Shown piece after piece: positions 50,860 through 59,400 of a DNA stretch of 64,000 bases. Below the pieces are notes generated by a model. It did not search any database and was not told the origin of the DNA. It saw only the letters and a program-made list of their open reading frames with translations. The position numbers and the translations under genes were made by a program. This stretch comes from a virus. Position 1 is the stretch's first letter; each line of letters begins with the position of its first letter. The stretch is from the IMG/VR virus record IMGVR_UViG_3300025030_000064, positions 29,499-93,498 of that record. One strand, 5' to 3'.

Positions 50860-51096
50860 TTATTGAATAACAAAAACCTGATTCATGAGTTTAATATACA
50901 TAACTTTACCACTTGCTATTCTTACCTTTGCTCCTTTATAGGTTATCTTTTCTTTCTTAGCATATTCTTATATTGTCATAAGTCCAAACTTTGATACTAA
51001 ATGTTCAAGTATTTCAAGTTCTTCGTTCATTAGAATATGATTCTCATTTGATGCTTTTATGTACCTAATAGATACATTTTCATATAGTTTACTCAT
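50860..51096 (-). pseudogene. Paralog of the 58601-58837 wHTH gene with an in-frame TAA at codon 43
   Basis: MSKLYENVSIRYIKAS...GLMTI*EYAKKEKITYKGAKVRIASGKVMYIKLMNQVFVIQ; stop at 50968-50970. Confidence 0.85.
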
Positions 51097-51130
51097 TGGT
51101 CTTATTTATTATACTATGAGTAGCGGAATG

Positions 51131-51496
51131 TTAGCCAAAAGAAATTTTCGGGCATAAGTGCTTAATTGACGCTCCCATCATCTTAATAAATTTATCTGCA
51201 ACTTTTTCATTTGGAAATCTAAACATTCCTGTTGCTGTATTGATTGTTGTTGGTTCGTGGCATACGGTATAAAAATGCGGTTTTGGATTTTCAGCTAATG
51301 CCACATAATTATTTTGGTTCAATCCGTAATCAAACGTCCATTTAGGTTCTTTAGATAAAAGTTGCTTCCAAATTTTAAATGCCTTTCGTTGTGCGGTTAT
51401 AAATTCTTGCTCTGTAACCGAAAATTTCTTTTGGCTAACAAGTGCTTTATTCAATGCCTTACTTTTCGGCTTCGTATTAACTTTTTTCTTTTCCAT
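51131..51496 (-). CDS. Cassette protein starting in an attC loop
   Basis: ATG in the loop, KALNKALVSQ encoded by the arm, stop is the TTA of the core. Confidence 0.75.
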   Translation of the reverse strand: MEKKKVNTKPKSKALNKALVSQKKFSVTEQEFITAQRKAFKIWKQLLSKEPKWTFDYGLNQNNYVALAENPKPHFYTVCHEPTTINTATGMFRFPNEKVADKFIKMMGASIKHLCPKISFG

Positions 51497-51563
51497 AATA
51501 TTTGTATCTCTAATTAAGTTTTGTCTGTTAAGTCGGTACTAAATAAAGCCCCGTTCGTTACCG
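51433..51563 (+). repeat. attC-like site
   Basis: GGCTAAC-aa-GTGCTTTATTCAATGCC...GGTACTAAATAAAGCCC-cgttc-GTTACCG. Confidence 0.8.
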
Positions 51564-51749
51564 CCAATTTTAAGACGGCATTTTCCAACTGTTCGAACTT
51601 GTTTTTATCCACCCTGCATTTATTCGCCCTAATTCAACTAATCCGTGCATATATTCGTACATAAGTTCATCATTTTCATACATTTCAACTAACCTATTCC
51701 AATTTTCTATAAATGGTTTCCAAATAGGACACATTAGTTTTATTTTATT

Positions 51750-52040
51750 TTATTTTTCCAAATTAAAACAATCGTCTAGTTCTATTTGTACGTTCCAATT
51801 AAGGTTGCTCACATCAACTTCGATAGATTCTTTTACGGTTATTTTTTCGAGTTTTGACAACGTGTAAAAATGTCTGTCAATCCAATAACCATAAGAACCT
51901 CCATTCGCTTGTAGCGGCTTAAAATTAGGAATAAAACTAATGTCAAATAGATTCTTTTTACGGAAGGCAAAAGTTTTATTTCCAATCTTAAAATGGTTCG
52001 AATAAGTGATGATGTATTTTTCTTGTAAAAGACTATCCAT
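51750..52040 (-). CDS. Hypothetical protein to the left of a second attI-like junction
   Basis: Intact 96-aa ORF with NGGSYGYWI. Confidence 0.65.
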   Translation of the reverse strand: MDSLLQEKYIITYSNHFKIGNKTFAFRKKNLFDISFIPNFKPLQANGGSYGYWIDRHFYTLSKLEKITVKESIEVDVSNLNWNVQIELDDCFNLEK

Positions 52041-52084
52041 TTGATTATCAGTTTAAAATATGGGTGGCTGTGGTATATAAGATG

Positions 52085-52342
52085 TTATAAGTCAGTTTGC
52101 CCATAAAGGTATCCGCATCCATCAGGGCAGTACCATCTAACATCGTTTGCTACTTTGTATTTAAGTGGGTGCTGGCAAACCGAACTTATAACATGGGCTT
52201 TATTCAATAATTTAATTTTTAGTAACTCTCTCATTTCATGATGCACTTCAATCAATTTTGTTCCATCAAGCGCACATTTCTTCGGCACAGCTTTGTATGC
52301 TATTTTCAAAATTTCGTTTATTAAGTCGTTATCTATTGTCAT
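52085..52342 (-). CDS. Cassette protein with a C-terminal Cys/His (Zn-finger-like) module
   Basis: Likely ATG at 52342 in the attC loop; LLNKAHVISS encoded by the arm; CQHP...CPDGC. Confidence 0.7.
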   Translation of the reverse strand: MTIDNDLINEILKIAYKAVPKKCALDGTKLIEVHHEMRELLKIKLLNKAHVISSVCQHPLKYKVANDVRWYCPDGCGYLYGQTDL

Positions 52343-52386
52343 ATCGTATAAAATTAAATTACTAAATAAAGCCCCAACCGTTAGCT
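52186..52386 (+). repeat. attC-like site with a coding loop
   Basis: TTATAAC-at-GGGCTTTATTCAATAATTTAATTTT...AAAATTAAATTACTAAATAAAGCCC-caacc-GTTAGCT. Confidence 0.8.
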
Positions 52387-52455
52387 GCAAGCACTACATT
52401 TGTACTTCGATTATAGTTCATAGTTGAAAATTTTTAATATTTTTTGCCTACGCTT

Positions 52456-52746
52456 CTAATCATTGTGTTTAGACAAGTTTCCTACAAGTTGGCATAATCC
52501 ACCAAGCCCGTCATCAAGTTTGTGATGTATAAAATCACTTTCATTGGTTTTGCCTTCTAAAAAACTTATTATTAGTTGTAATTCTTGCAATCTATCAATA
52601 TACCAGTTTTTTCTTGGTACGTGTGAATTATTCAAACGAATTGACCGTGATTTGTATTTCAGTCTTTCGATTTGCAAATCCTCGTCCTTAATAAGTTTTT
52701 TAAATACTTTAACTCGTTTTTTTAGAGTTGTTATTGTTTTTTCCAT
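52456..52746 (-). CDS. Hypothetical cassette protein
   Basis: Flanked by a perfect 20-bp inverted repeat. Confidence 0.65.
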   Translation of the reverse strand: MEKTITTLKKRVKVFKKLIKDEDLQIERLKYKSRSIRLNNSHVPRKNWYIDRLQELQLIISFLEGKTNESDFIHHKLDDGLGGLCQLVGNLSKHND

Positions 52747-52828
52747 CCTTAAAAAATATTAAAAATTTTCTTTCGTATTTCAATCATAGTTCAGTTCTTA
52801 ATAATGGCACGTTTCATAGCCCCAACCG

Positions 52829-53008
52829 TTATAAAACAGTTTGCTTTGGAACTGTCTTACAGCATTTATAACAAAATCTTTTATTGCCTCCTGCATCGAT
52901 ACAATATTGCCAAGGATGACTACAAACCGATTTTATAACATCAGATAATAACAATTTTTCAGTGCTATTATCAATCTTTTTTACTTGTTTTTTGCTTTTG
53001 TTTTTCAT
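52829..53008 (-). CDS. 59-aa cassette protein with a Zn-finger-like module (absent from the ORF track)
   Basis: MKNKSKKQVKKIDNSTEKLLLSDVIKSVCSHPWQYCIDAGGNKRFCYKCCKTVPKQTVL*. Confidence 0.7.
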   Translation of the reverse strand: MKNKSKKQVKKIDNSTEKLLLSDVIKSVCSHPWQYCIDAGGNKRFCYKCCKTVPKQTVL

Positions 53009-53050
53009 ATTAAATTTATTTAAACTGTTGTTATCTGCGTACCGTTATAG
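52933..53050 (+). repeat. attC-like site
   Basis: TTATAAC-at-CAGATAATAACAATTT...AAACTGTTGTTATCTG-cgtacc-GTTATAG. Confidence 0.8.
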
Positions 53051-53245
53051 GGCATTTGGATTGAACAACCTAATAGCCTTTAAAGGTGCTTTCATTGTCA
53101 AATCACTCATTACATCATCCACATCATTTAAAATAGTATGATGAACTGTGCCTTTTAATTTCATTGATATTTTAACCCTTGCATCCATCAATTCTTTGTG
53201 GAGCAATTCGTATAGTTCGGTTTCTTTTTTCTTACTGATTTTCAT
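53045..53245 (-). CDS. Hypothetical cassette protein
   Basis: Stop codon is the TTA of the core site. Confidence 0.7.
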   Translation of the reverse strand: MKISKKKETELYELLHKELMDARVKISMKLKGTVHHTILNDVDDVMSDLTMKAPLKAIRLFNPNAL

Positions 53246-53257
53246 AAAACAAACGCC

Positions 53258-53351
53258 CTATAACATTACATACACAAAAGCGGGGGCGAAGTGCTAAAAT
53301 GTATGTTCGGGTTAAAGAAGCCCCGCCTTCGTGTATGCTTTACCGTTATAA
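53258..53351 (+). repeat. attC-like site
   Basis: CTATAAC-atta-CATACACAAAAGCGGGG...CCCCGCCTTCGTGTATG-ctttacc-GTTATAA. Confidence 0.85.
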
Positions 53352-53361
53352 ACAATAAAAA

Positions 53362-53589
53362 TTATTCTCTCCGTTTTAAATATGGATGTTTTCTATAAAA
53401 CAGCCATTGCTTAAATCGTAATCTCGGCATTTTCCAACCAGATTTTACGGCATCCAATGTCAGCCATTCGGAAATAAAATTCATTAGGCGGTATCTAAAT
53501 TTTAACCACTTTGGAAAGTCATGCCAATTCTTTCCTTCTTGTGTGTATATTTTATTTCCTTCGATTAATGTGTTTTCACGCCAACCCAT
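53362..53589 (-). CDS. Hypothetical cassette protein
   Basis: ORF inside array 2. Confidence 0.65.
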   Translation of the reverse strand: MGWRENTLIEGNKIYTQEGKNWHDFPKWLKFRYRLMNFISEWLTLDAVKSGWKMPRLRFKQWLFYRKHPYLKRRE

Positions 53590-53656
53590 AATTTTTACTG
53601 TGTTTTATATCAAGTTTTCGTTTAAAACAGTGCTTATTTCCACCGTTAGACAACAT

Positions 53657-53881
53657 TTAATCCGTCACCTCTGGAATGTTCCCATTTAATATATCCGTGA
53701 ATGATATTACCTTGAAATGACCACCATCAATAGCAATCCAATCCTCACACATATCCGACCAACGAACATGATAACATAGTCTTGGCTCTAAATCATCACT
53801 TGGTTTTACCATTTCAACTCCAACTATTTCTGCTAGAACTCCTGTTTTATAAGAGTATCTATGAACTCCTACTAAATATAC
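53657..53881 (-). pseudogene. 5'-truncated cassette ORF
   Basis: Open frame VYLVGVHRYSYKTG...IPEVTD* preceded directly by TAA, with no start at its 5' end. Confidence 0.45.
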
Positions 53882-53902
53882 TTAACGTTAGGACTTAATT
53901 CG

Positions 53903-55231
53903 TTATTTACTTTGGTCATAAGCAACAACTTTTAATTCACTTTCCTCTCTTTCTACAAAATCCATCAACATTGTTTTACCGTACTCTTTAGCTATCGCTT
54001 CCATCTCTTTAAGTGACTCATTATCAAGGTCATTAGCACATCCAATAACAATTAAAGGACTATCATTAATGGCACACTGTATTCTTGCTCCTGTGAGTAT
54101 AGCTTTAGACTTACATACCTGATTCTCTTTAAAGGATAGTTCGCCAAGCATTAGACCATCATCTGTTAGTCTTAGGTCTTTTACTGGGTTCTTACTATTC
54201 TTAATGATATCATCTTGTTTGTCTCTTTCTAACTGTACTGCAGCATCAGTCTTTTCCCATTCATCATGATTAACTACTCTCTTAGCCTTTACTTCATCAT
54301 ATGACTTCTTTTTAAGTACAAGAGCATCTATCTCAGCTATCTTCTCTTTACCTGTCTGAATACGTTGCTTTAACACATCAGCATTAGGAACATCAGATGT
54401 CTGTAGCTTCACTAACTCTTCTCTACTCTTATTTAGTTCTTCAGTAGCTTTATTAAGAATCTTGATATGGTCTTGTAGTTGTTTAATCTGTTGTTCAGAC
54501 TTTGCTATATCAGAAATATTTGTTTCTATACTCTTATCTGCATGAGCGATCTTCTCTGCTATACCTTTCTGTTTTTCTATAGCTACTGCGATACCTGAAT
54601 ACTCTTCTTCTAATTCTTTTAGCTTATCGAAGTTTACTTGTCTGACAGAAATAAGGTACATCTGATCATCTGTGAGCTCATAACCCTTTTCTATCTCCGT
54701 TAATTGCTTAACAGTGGCATTAAGGTTTGTTCTTTTATCGTAGTACTGCTTTTCTAATAGAGTAGATAGTTCATAGGCTTTAGCTTGTTCTTCATCTAAT
54801 AGAGAAAGGAATATCTTCTTAGCTTCTTCTTTACCTTTAGCAGACATGCTCATCTGCATGAATTCTTCAGCAGTAAAAGTGTTGTACTTAAAGATATTTC
54901 TAATCTGGTTGACAGACTTTACAATCTTTCCTTCTTCATCAATAGCTACAAACTTAGCATCTCCTGACTTATCAAATGTTGCTCTTACTATGTATCTCTT
55001 TCCATCTGCTCCTACAAGGTTAATAGCTTCAATAGAGCCATTCTCTTCTCCTATTGTTACTGGTTGGTCAATATCGAGCTTTGCAGTGTGTAAGGCTTTA
55101 ATCGCCTGTAAAAAGCTCGATTTCCCTTTATCGTTAGAACCTGATATGAAGTAGATATAGTTATCAGCTAAGTCTATTTCTTTGTTTTTTAACTTTTTGT
55201 AGTTTTTGAAAATTAATTTAATTTCTGGCAT
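53903..55231 (-). CDS. SbcC/SMC-like AAA ATPase
   Basis: N-terminal Walker A GSNDKGKSS and a long coiled coil. Confidence 0.75.
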   Translation of the reverse strand: MPEIKLIFKNYKKLKNKEIDLADNYIYFISGSNDKGKSSFLQAIKALHTAKLDIDQPVTIGEENGSIEAINLVGADGKRYIVRATFDKSGDAKFVAIDEEGKIVKSVNQIRNIFKYNTFTAEEFMQMSMSAKGKEEAKKIFLSLLDEEQAKAYELSTLLEKQYYDKRTNLNATVKQLTEIEKGYELTDDQMYLISVRQVNFDKLKELEEEYSGIAVAIEKQKGIAEKIAHADKSIETNISDIAKSEQQIKQLQDHIKILNKATEELNKSREELVKLQTSDVPNADVLKQRIQTGKEKIAEIDALVLKKKSYDEVKAKRVVNHDEWEKTDAAVQLERDKQDDIIKNSKNPVKDLRLTDDGLMLGELSFKENQVCKSKAILTGARIQCAINDSPLIVIGCANDLDNESLKEMEAIAKEYGKTMLMDFVEREESELKVVAYDQSK

Positions 55232-55252
55232 ATTATTTTATTTTAGTTAATT

Positions 55253-57067
55253 TCATACCTCAATAAATTCATTTTTATCTAGGTCACATACATATCTTAT
55301 AACCTTATCTTCTCCTTGTCCAGCATCTCTTATCTTCACTCCTTCAATAATAAACATCTTCTTTAATAGTTCATATTGTTCCTTTGCTGTCAAATCTCTA
55401 TCTCCAAAAAGATATAGGTCACGTTTATCTCTTACTTTCTTCTCTTTGTACTTACCATTATGTAACCATGTATAAATAGCCATTATTCCTCTCTTATACT
55501 TATCTTCTTCTGTAGAGTCATTAATACTCTGCATTAGTCTGTAATAAGCAGTATAGGCTATAAAAAGGCTATTCATTGTTGCTTCTGTACCATCAGCCAT
55601 ATGTTCCCTACCCATGATAACATCTCTTACCTTATCCCATGTAGCTTGTTTAAGGTTTACAATAGGATTCTTAAAGTTAGTAGTAAAGCTATCACTATTA
55701 GGATTTAGTTTCCAAAAAGACTTCTCAAAGTCCTGGTCGGTAAACTTCAATTCTTCAGTAGGCATACCTAACGCTCTTTGTTTATACACATCCATAAGGT
55801 CAGGATATCTACTTGGGAGATTAGCTAATGCAACAGAATTAGCATAGTTAACGAAAGTACCACTACCCTTAATAGTTGTCTCTCTTGGTCTGTAACCGTC
55901 TTTAAGATTATACTTTGAACCATGTTCTTTAGTGACATGATGAAGAGCATATATACATGCATTTGTTTCAGTTCTTATTTCTACAAGAACATCCATGATA
56001 TACATATCCTTTTCTGTCTGGTCCTTGAATCTTATCGTACTACCTATTAAACCAATATTATCAACTACTATGATAAGCTCTTTTTTATTAGCTTTTGCTT
56101 GTTCATTAACCTTACGAGAGAATTTCTTTAACTCTTTCTCTGTTATCTTAACATCAACAAATTTGATATTAAATCCTTTCTTACTTAATCGTATTAATGA
56201 ATTAGCAATAGTCTGTTTCTCTTCTACACATAGCTTATTGTCTTTAGATAATAGTTTCCTATCTCTATAGCCAGTATCCATAGATATCATTCTTCTCACA
56301 ATCTTTTCTTTTGGATCTTCCATTGATACCCATAGTACATCAATATCTTTATTGTTTTCACACACATGATACATAATAGCTATAGTGGCTGCGGTTTTTG
56401 CTGATTCTTTATCTGCTGCAAGCATGAAAATAGAGGACTTAGATAAGCCAAAGAGATTATCAAACTTAGGAAATTGTTTAGTAGCATAGATATTTGATTC
56501 TCTATTACTATTATCTTCAATCTCATTAGCTGCTGATTCAATACATTTTTCCATCTCTACCATCTCCTTGCTTCTTGTAAAGGCTAATAGAGAAGATATA
56601 CCATCAATATGATTATGTATCACATCATCTATATCTATATCATCAGTAAAACAATCTTGTTGTACTTGTTCGCTCAATCGTATTACTTCTCTTAGGATAT
56701 ACTTCTGTTGTATAATCCTCATGTGGAACATAGCATGAGAAGAAGAAGCTACTTTACCTGTTAATGTAGTAAGATAAAAGGCTCCTCCTACATCTTCAAG
56801 CTTTTGTCTATCTATTAGCTTATTCTTCACAGTAAAGATGTCTATAGGCTCATTCTTTTCATAGAGAGAATGAATAGCTTCATAGATAATCTTATTCTCA
56901 GGAGAATAAAACCAATCAGCTTTACATACGTCTAATACTCCTTTTGCCTGTTTCGGATCAATCATTATAGCTCCTAGAATTGTTTGTTCTATATCTATAT
57001 TTTGAGGCGGTATCTTAGATAGTACATCTACTGCTTTCTTTCTCTTATCTGTTTTATCTTTTTCCAT
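55253..57067 (-). CDS. dnaB: DnaB-like replicative helicase
   Basis: PPQNIDIEQTILGA N-terminal domain, SMED, IVVDNI, KGSG; degenerate P-loop. Confidence 0.85.
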   Translation of the reverse strand: MEKDKTDKRKKAVDVLSKIPPQNIDIEQTILGAIMIDPKQAKGVLDVCKADWFYSPENKIIYEAIHSLYEKNEPIDIFTVKNKLIDRQKLEDVGGAFYLTTLTGKVASSSHAMFHMRIIQQKYILREVIRLSEQVQQDCFTDDIDIDDVIHNHIDGISSLLAFTRSKEMVEMEKCIESAANEIEDNSNRESNIYATKQFPKFDNLFGLSKSSIFMLAADKESAKTAATIAIMYHVCENNKDIDVLWVSMEDPKEKIVRRMISMDTGYRDRKLLSKDNKLCVEEKQTIANSLIRLSKKGFNIKFVDVKITEKELKKFSRKVNEQAKANKKELIIVVDNIGLIGSTIRFKDQTEKDMYIMDVLVEIRTETNACIYALHHVTKEHGSKYNLKDGYRPRETTIKGSGTFVNYANSVALANLPSRYPDLMDVYKQRALGMPTEELKFTDQDFEKSFWKLNPNSDSFTTNFKNPIVNLKQATWDKVRDVIMGREHMADGTEATMNSLFIAYTAYYRLMQSINDSTEEDKYKRGIMAIYTWLHNGKYKEKKVRDKRDLYLFGDRDLTAKEQYELLKKMFIIEGVKIRDAGQGEDKVIRYVCDLDKNEFIEV

Positions 57068-57078
57068 TGTTGAATTTA

Positions 57079-57534
57079 TTATAAAATTCCTTCATCAGCA
57101 AAGCTATAGTATTTCTTTAAATCACCTGCTATAATTAAATGTTCAAGTAAGGAAATCTCAAAATACCTTGCTCCTTCTTTAATCTTCTTTGTTATATCAA
57201 TATCTTGGTCAGAAGGTTTTAAGTTACAACTTGGATGATTATGAATAAGTATTAATGCACTTGCTCCACAAAGAATAGCTTTTTGAAATATTAATCTTGG
57301 GTCCATTATTGTTCCAGCTATACCTCCTTGACTTATTCTTGTCCATCCTATCGTATTATGTGCTTTGTTTAAGTAAAGACATAAAGATTCTTCTGATAAT
57401 TCAACTGTATCTAGATTAAGTAGCTCTTTAGCTATTGTAAATACATCCGAGGATTGCTTAATCTGATATTTCTTTACATCTCCTGATTTATACTTTAAAG
57501 TAATCTCAGGCATTGTTGATTTATATTCTTTCAT
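57079..57534 (-). CDS. radC: RadC-like JAB-domain protein
   Basis: ISQGG...DPR, HNHPS..LKPS..D, LLEHLII. Confidence 0.9.
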   Translation of the reverse strand: MKEYKSTMPEITLKYKSGDVKKYQIKQSSDVFTIAKELLNLDTVELSEESLCLYLNKAHNTIGWTRISQGGIAGTIMDPRLIFQKAILCGASALILIHNHPSCNLKPSDQDIDITKKIKEGARYFEISLLEHLIIAGDLKKYYSFADEGIL

Positions 57535-57669
57535 AAGCCTCCTTCTGCATCTGAATAACTAATATCTCCATGTCCAGTACCACCTTGATCATTATCCATG
57601 TTACACTCTTCGTCTATGAGCATATCACAATCATCACAACTTCTATTATCGTTATAAGGGCAATTAGGG

Positions 57670-57855
57670 TTATTCATCTTCTATTTCTTCTTTTTCGTTA
57701 TTACATATCCATAAAGAAGTGTCTTCTTTGTTAGGATCTAATCCATATTCTCTTGTTAAAATAAATATTAAATCTTTAGCTTCTTGATAATTATTAGCTT
57801 GTATATTTAACAATACTTCATTATGCCAACTATGAATAAAAGTAAATGTTTTCAT
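57670..57855 (-). CDS. Hypothetical protein
   Basis: Packed ORF. Confidence 0.55.
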   Translation of the reverse strand: MKTFTFIHSWHNEVLLNIQANNYQEAKDLIFILTREYGLDPNKEDTSLWICNNEKEEIEDE

Positions 57856-57860
57856 TTGTT

Positions 57861-58379
57861 TTATTGTTTTAATTGTTGATATTCTAGTTTCAATTCTTCC
57901 TGTAGTAATGTAATCTTAGACCAACTAAATCCCTTCTCTTCTGCTAATCGTTCTCTTTGTATTTCAGTACCAAAATCATAAGCCAAATGCTCCCTAGCTG
58001 TTAACATTACGATATTCTTAGGGTTTAGTTTAAACTTATAATATTTATTCTGAGCTTTGGAAAGTACATGAGCAAATTGATTATAGTAGAAAGGACTATC
58101 CTTATCTACTAGCTTATCTCCTGATAGGAATGAGATATGAGGCATTGTGTTCCATATATGTTCAAACATCTCTTTCTCTGAATCAAATCCCCATAAGGAA
58201 TACTTATCTATATTTCTTTTAAGTACCTTACTATTATTCTTAACTATCTTTGAACAGTTATATCTTTTAGGTTTTATTATAGCTTTCTTTATTGGTTTAC
58301 CATGTTCCTTAGCCCAACATCACTTGCAGAGTTGTAAAGCAAACACTGGTCTATCATCATTAAGACATGTCTTAGCCAT
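57861..58379 (-). pseudogene. HNH-like protein with an in-frame TGA at codon 20
   Basis: MAKTCLNDDRPVFALQLCK*CWAKEH... continues in frame into 57861-58169 (FAHVLSK...NIVMLTAREH). Confidence 0.65.
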
Positions 58380-58382
58380 TAA

Positions 58383-58604
58383 TTATAAATACTTTTTGGA
58401 AAATTGTTTATATAATAAAGCCCAATATTCATGACCTTCTTTTGTCTTAGCCCAATGAAATCCATGACTAGGATTAAGTAAGTTTATACGATTATAGCCA
58501 TTTTGTTTTTGTACATTACAAAGATACTTATCTAATGCTTTATTTTTTTCTAAGAACTCTTTTAGTTCTCTTGTTAATACTATTAAAATAGGTTTGTCTT
58601 TCAT
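58383..58604 (-). CDS. Hypothetical protein
   Basis: Packed ORF. Confidence 0.6.
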   Translation of the reverse strand: MKDKPILIVLTRELKEFLEKNKALDKYLCNVQKQNGYNRINLLNPSHGFHWAKTKEGHEYWALLYKQFSKKYL

Positions 58605-58837
58605 TGTATTATAAATTTTTGGTTCATTAGTTCAATATACATAACCTTACCACTATTTATTCTCTTCTTAGCTCCATTATAGCTTATATTCTGCTCTTTA
58701 GCAAAGTCTGATAATGATGTTAGTTTATATCTTTGAACCAAATACTCTAATATTCTTAGTTCTTCATCCATTGTTATATGACCTTCTTCTGAAGATTTTA
58801 TATACCTATTTGCTACATTTTCATACAGTTTACTCAT
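58601..58837 (-). CDS. Small winged-HTH, excisionase-like DNA-binding protein
   Basis: SLSDFAKEQNISYNGAKKRINSGKV..IEL resembles HTH_17/Xis; next to the attI-like site. Confidence 0.6.
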   Translation of the reverse strand: MSKLYENVANRYIKSSEEGHITMDEELRILEYLVQRYKLTSLSDFAKEQNISYNGAKKRINSGKVMYIELMNQKFIIQ

Positions 58838-58891
58838 TGGTTCAATTTATTGTATTACGAGTAGTATGATGTTACCAAACATTGTATTAAT

Positions 58892-59263
58892 TTAAAAATT
58901 ATTTGCCATCGCACGTTCATAATCATCGTCAATTATTACAGTATCTTTTCCTATTGCATCGCATAACGGTATTGTTTCTCCATCTTCGGGGTGTCTATAA
59001 ACTGAAACAAACATTCCGTCCTGAAACTCCACCGTAGAAGAATATCCTGCACATACAAATAATTGGTCGCCTTCATAAATTTCTTTCCCATTACTGTCTT
59101 TCAGTCCTGTATATTGCCCAACATTATCAACCGTCCAAGATGTTTCTCCATTGGTTATTTCCCAATTACCATTTGTCTGTTTAACCAAATAGCCATACGC
59201 CCAATATTCTTGTCCGTTTATTCCTTGAAACCATCCTCTAAATTTAATTTCTCTATTTTCCAT
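58892..59263 (-). CDS. YopX-family protein (cassette gene)
   Basis: REIKFRG...GQYTGLKDSNGKEIYEGD. Confidence 0.9.
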   Translation of the reverse strand: MENREIKFRGWFQGINGQEYWAYGYLVKQTNGNWEITNGETSWTVDNVGQYTGLKDSNGKEIYEGDQLFVCAGYSSTVEFQDGMFVSVYRHPEDGETIPLCDAIGKDTVIIDDDYERAMANNF

Positions 59264-59321
59264 CGCTTAAATAATTTTTAAATTAATACAACGAGCCTAC
59301 GCTCAAATTCCTTACGCACTT

Positions 59322-59394
59322 TGGTAACATCACCTTTGCGCTATTCTCCAGCCGCACTATCCAACGCACAACAGACGCAAAGCTGCGGTTAGTG
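59322..59394 (+). repeat. attC-like site
   Basis: TGGTAAC-at-CACCTTTGCGCTATT...AACAGACGCAAAGCTG-cg-GTTAGTG. Confidence 0.75.
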
Positions 59395-59400
59395 GCAAGC

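Larger units (their letters stand above)
51120..53910 (+). mobile_element. Integron-like cassette array 2
   Basis: attI-like GTAGCggaatGTT (G at 51130); attC-like sites at 51433-51563, 52186-52386, 52933-53050 and 53258-53351; half-sites with core G at 52828 and 53645. Confidence 0.85.
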
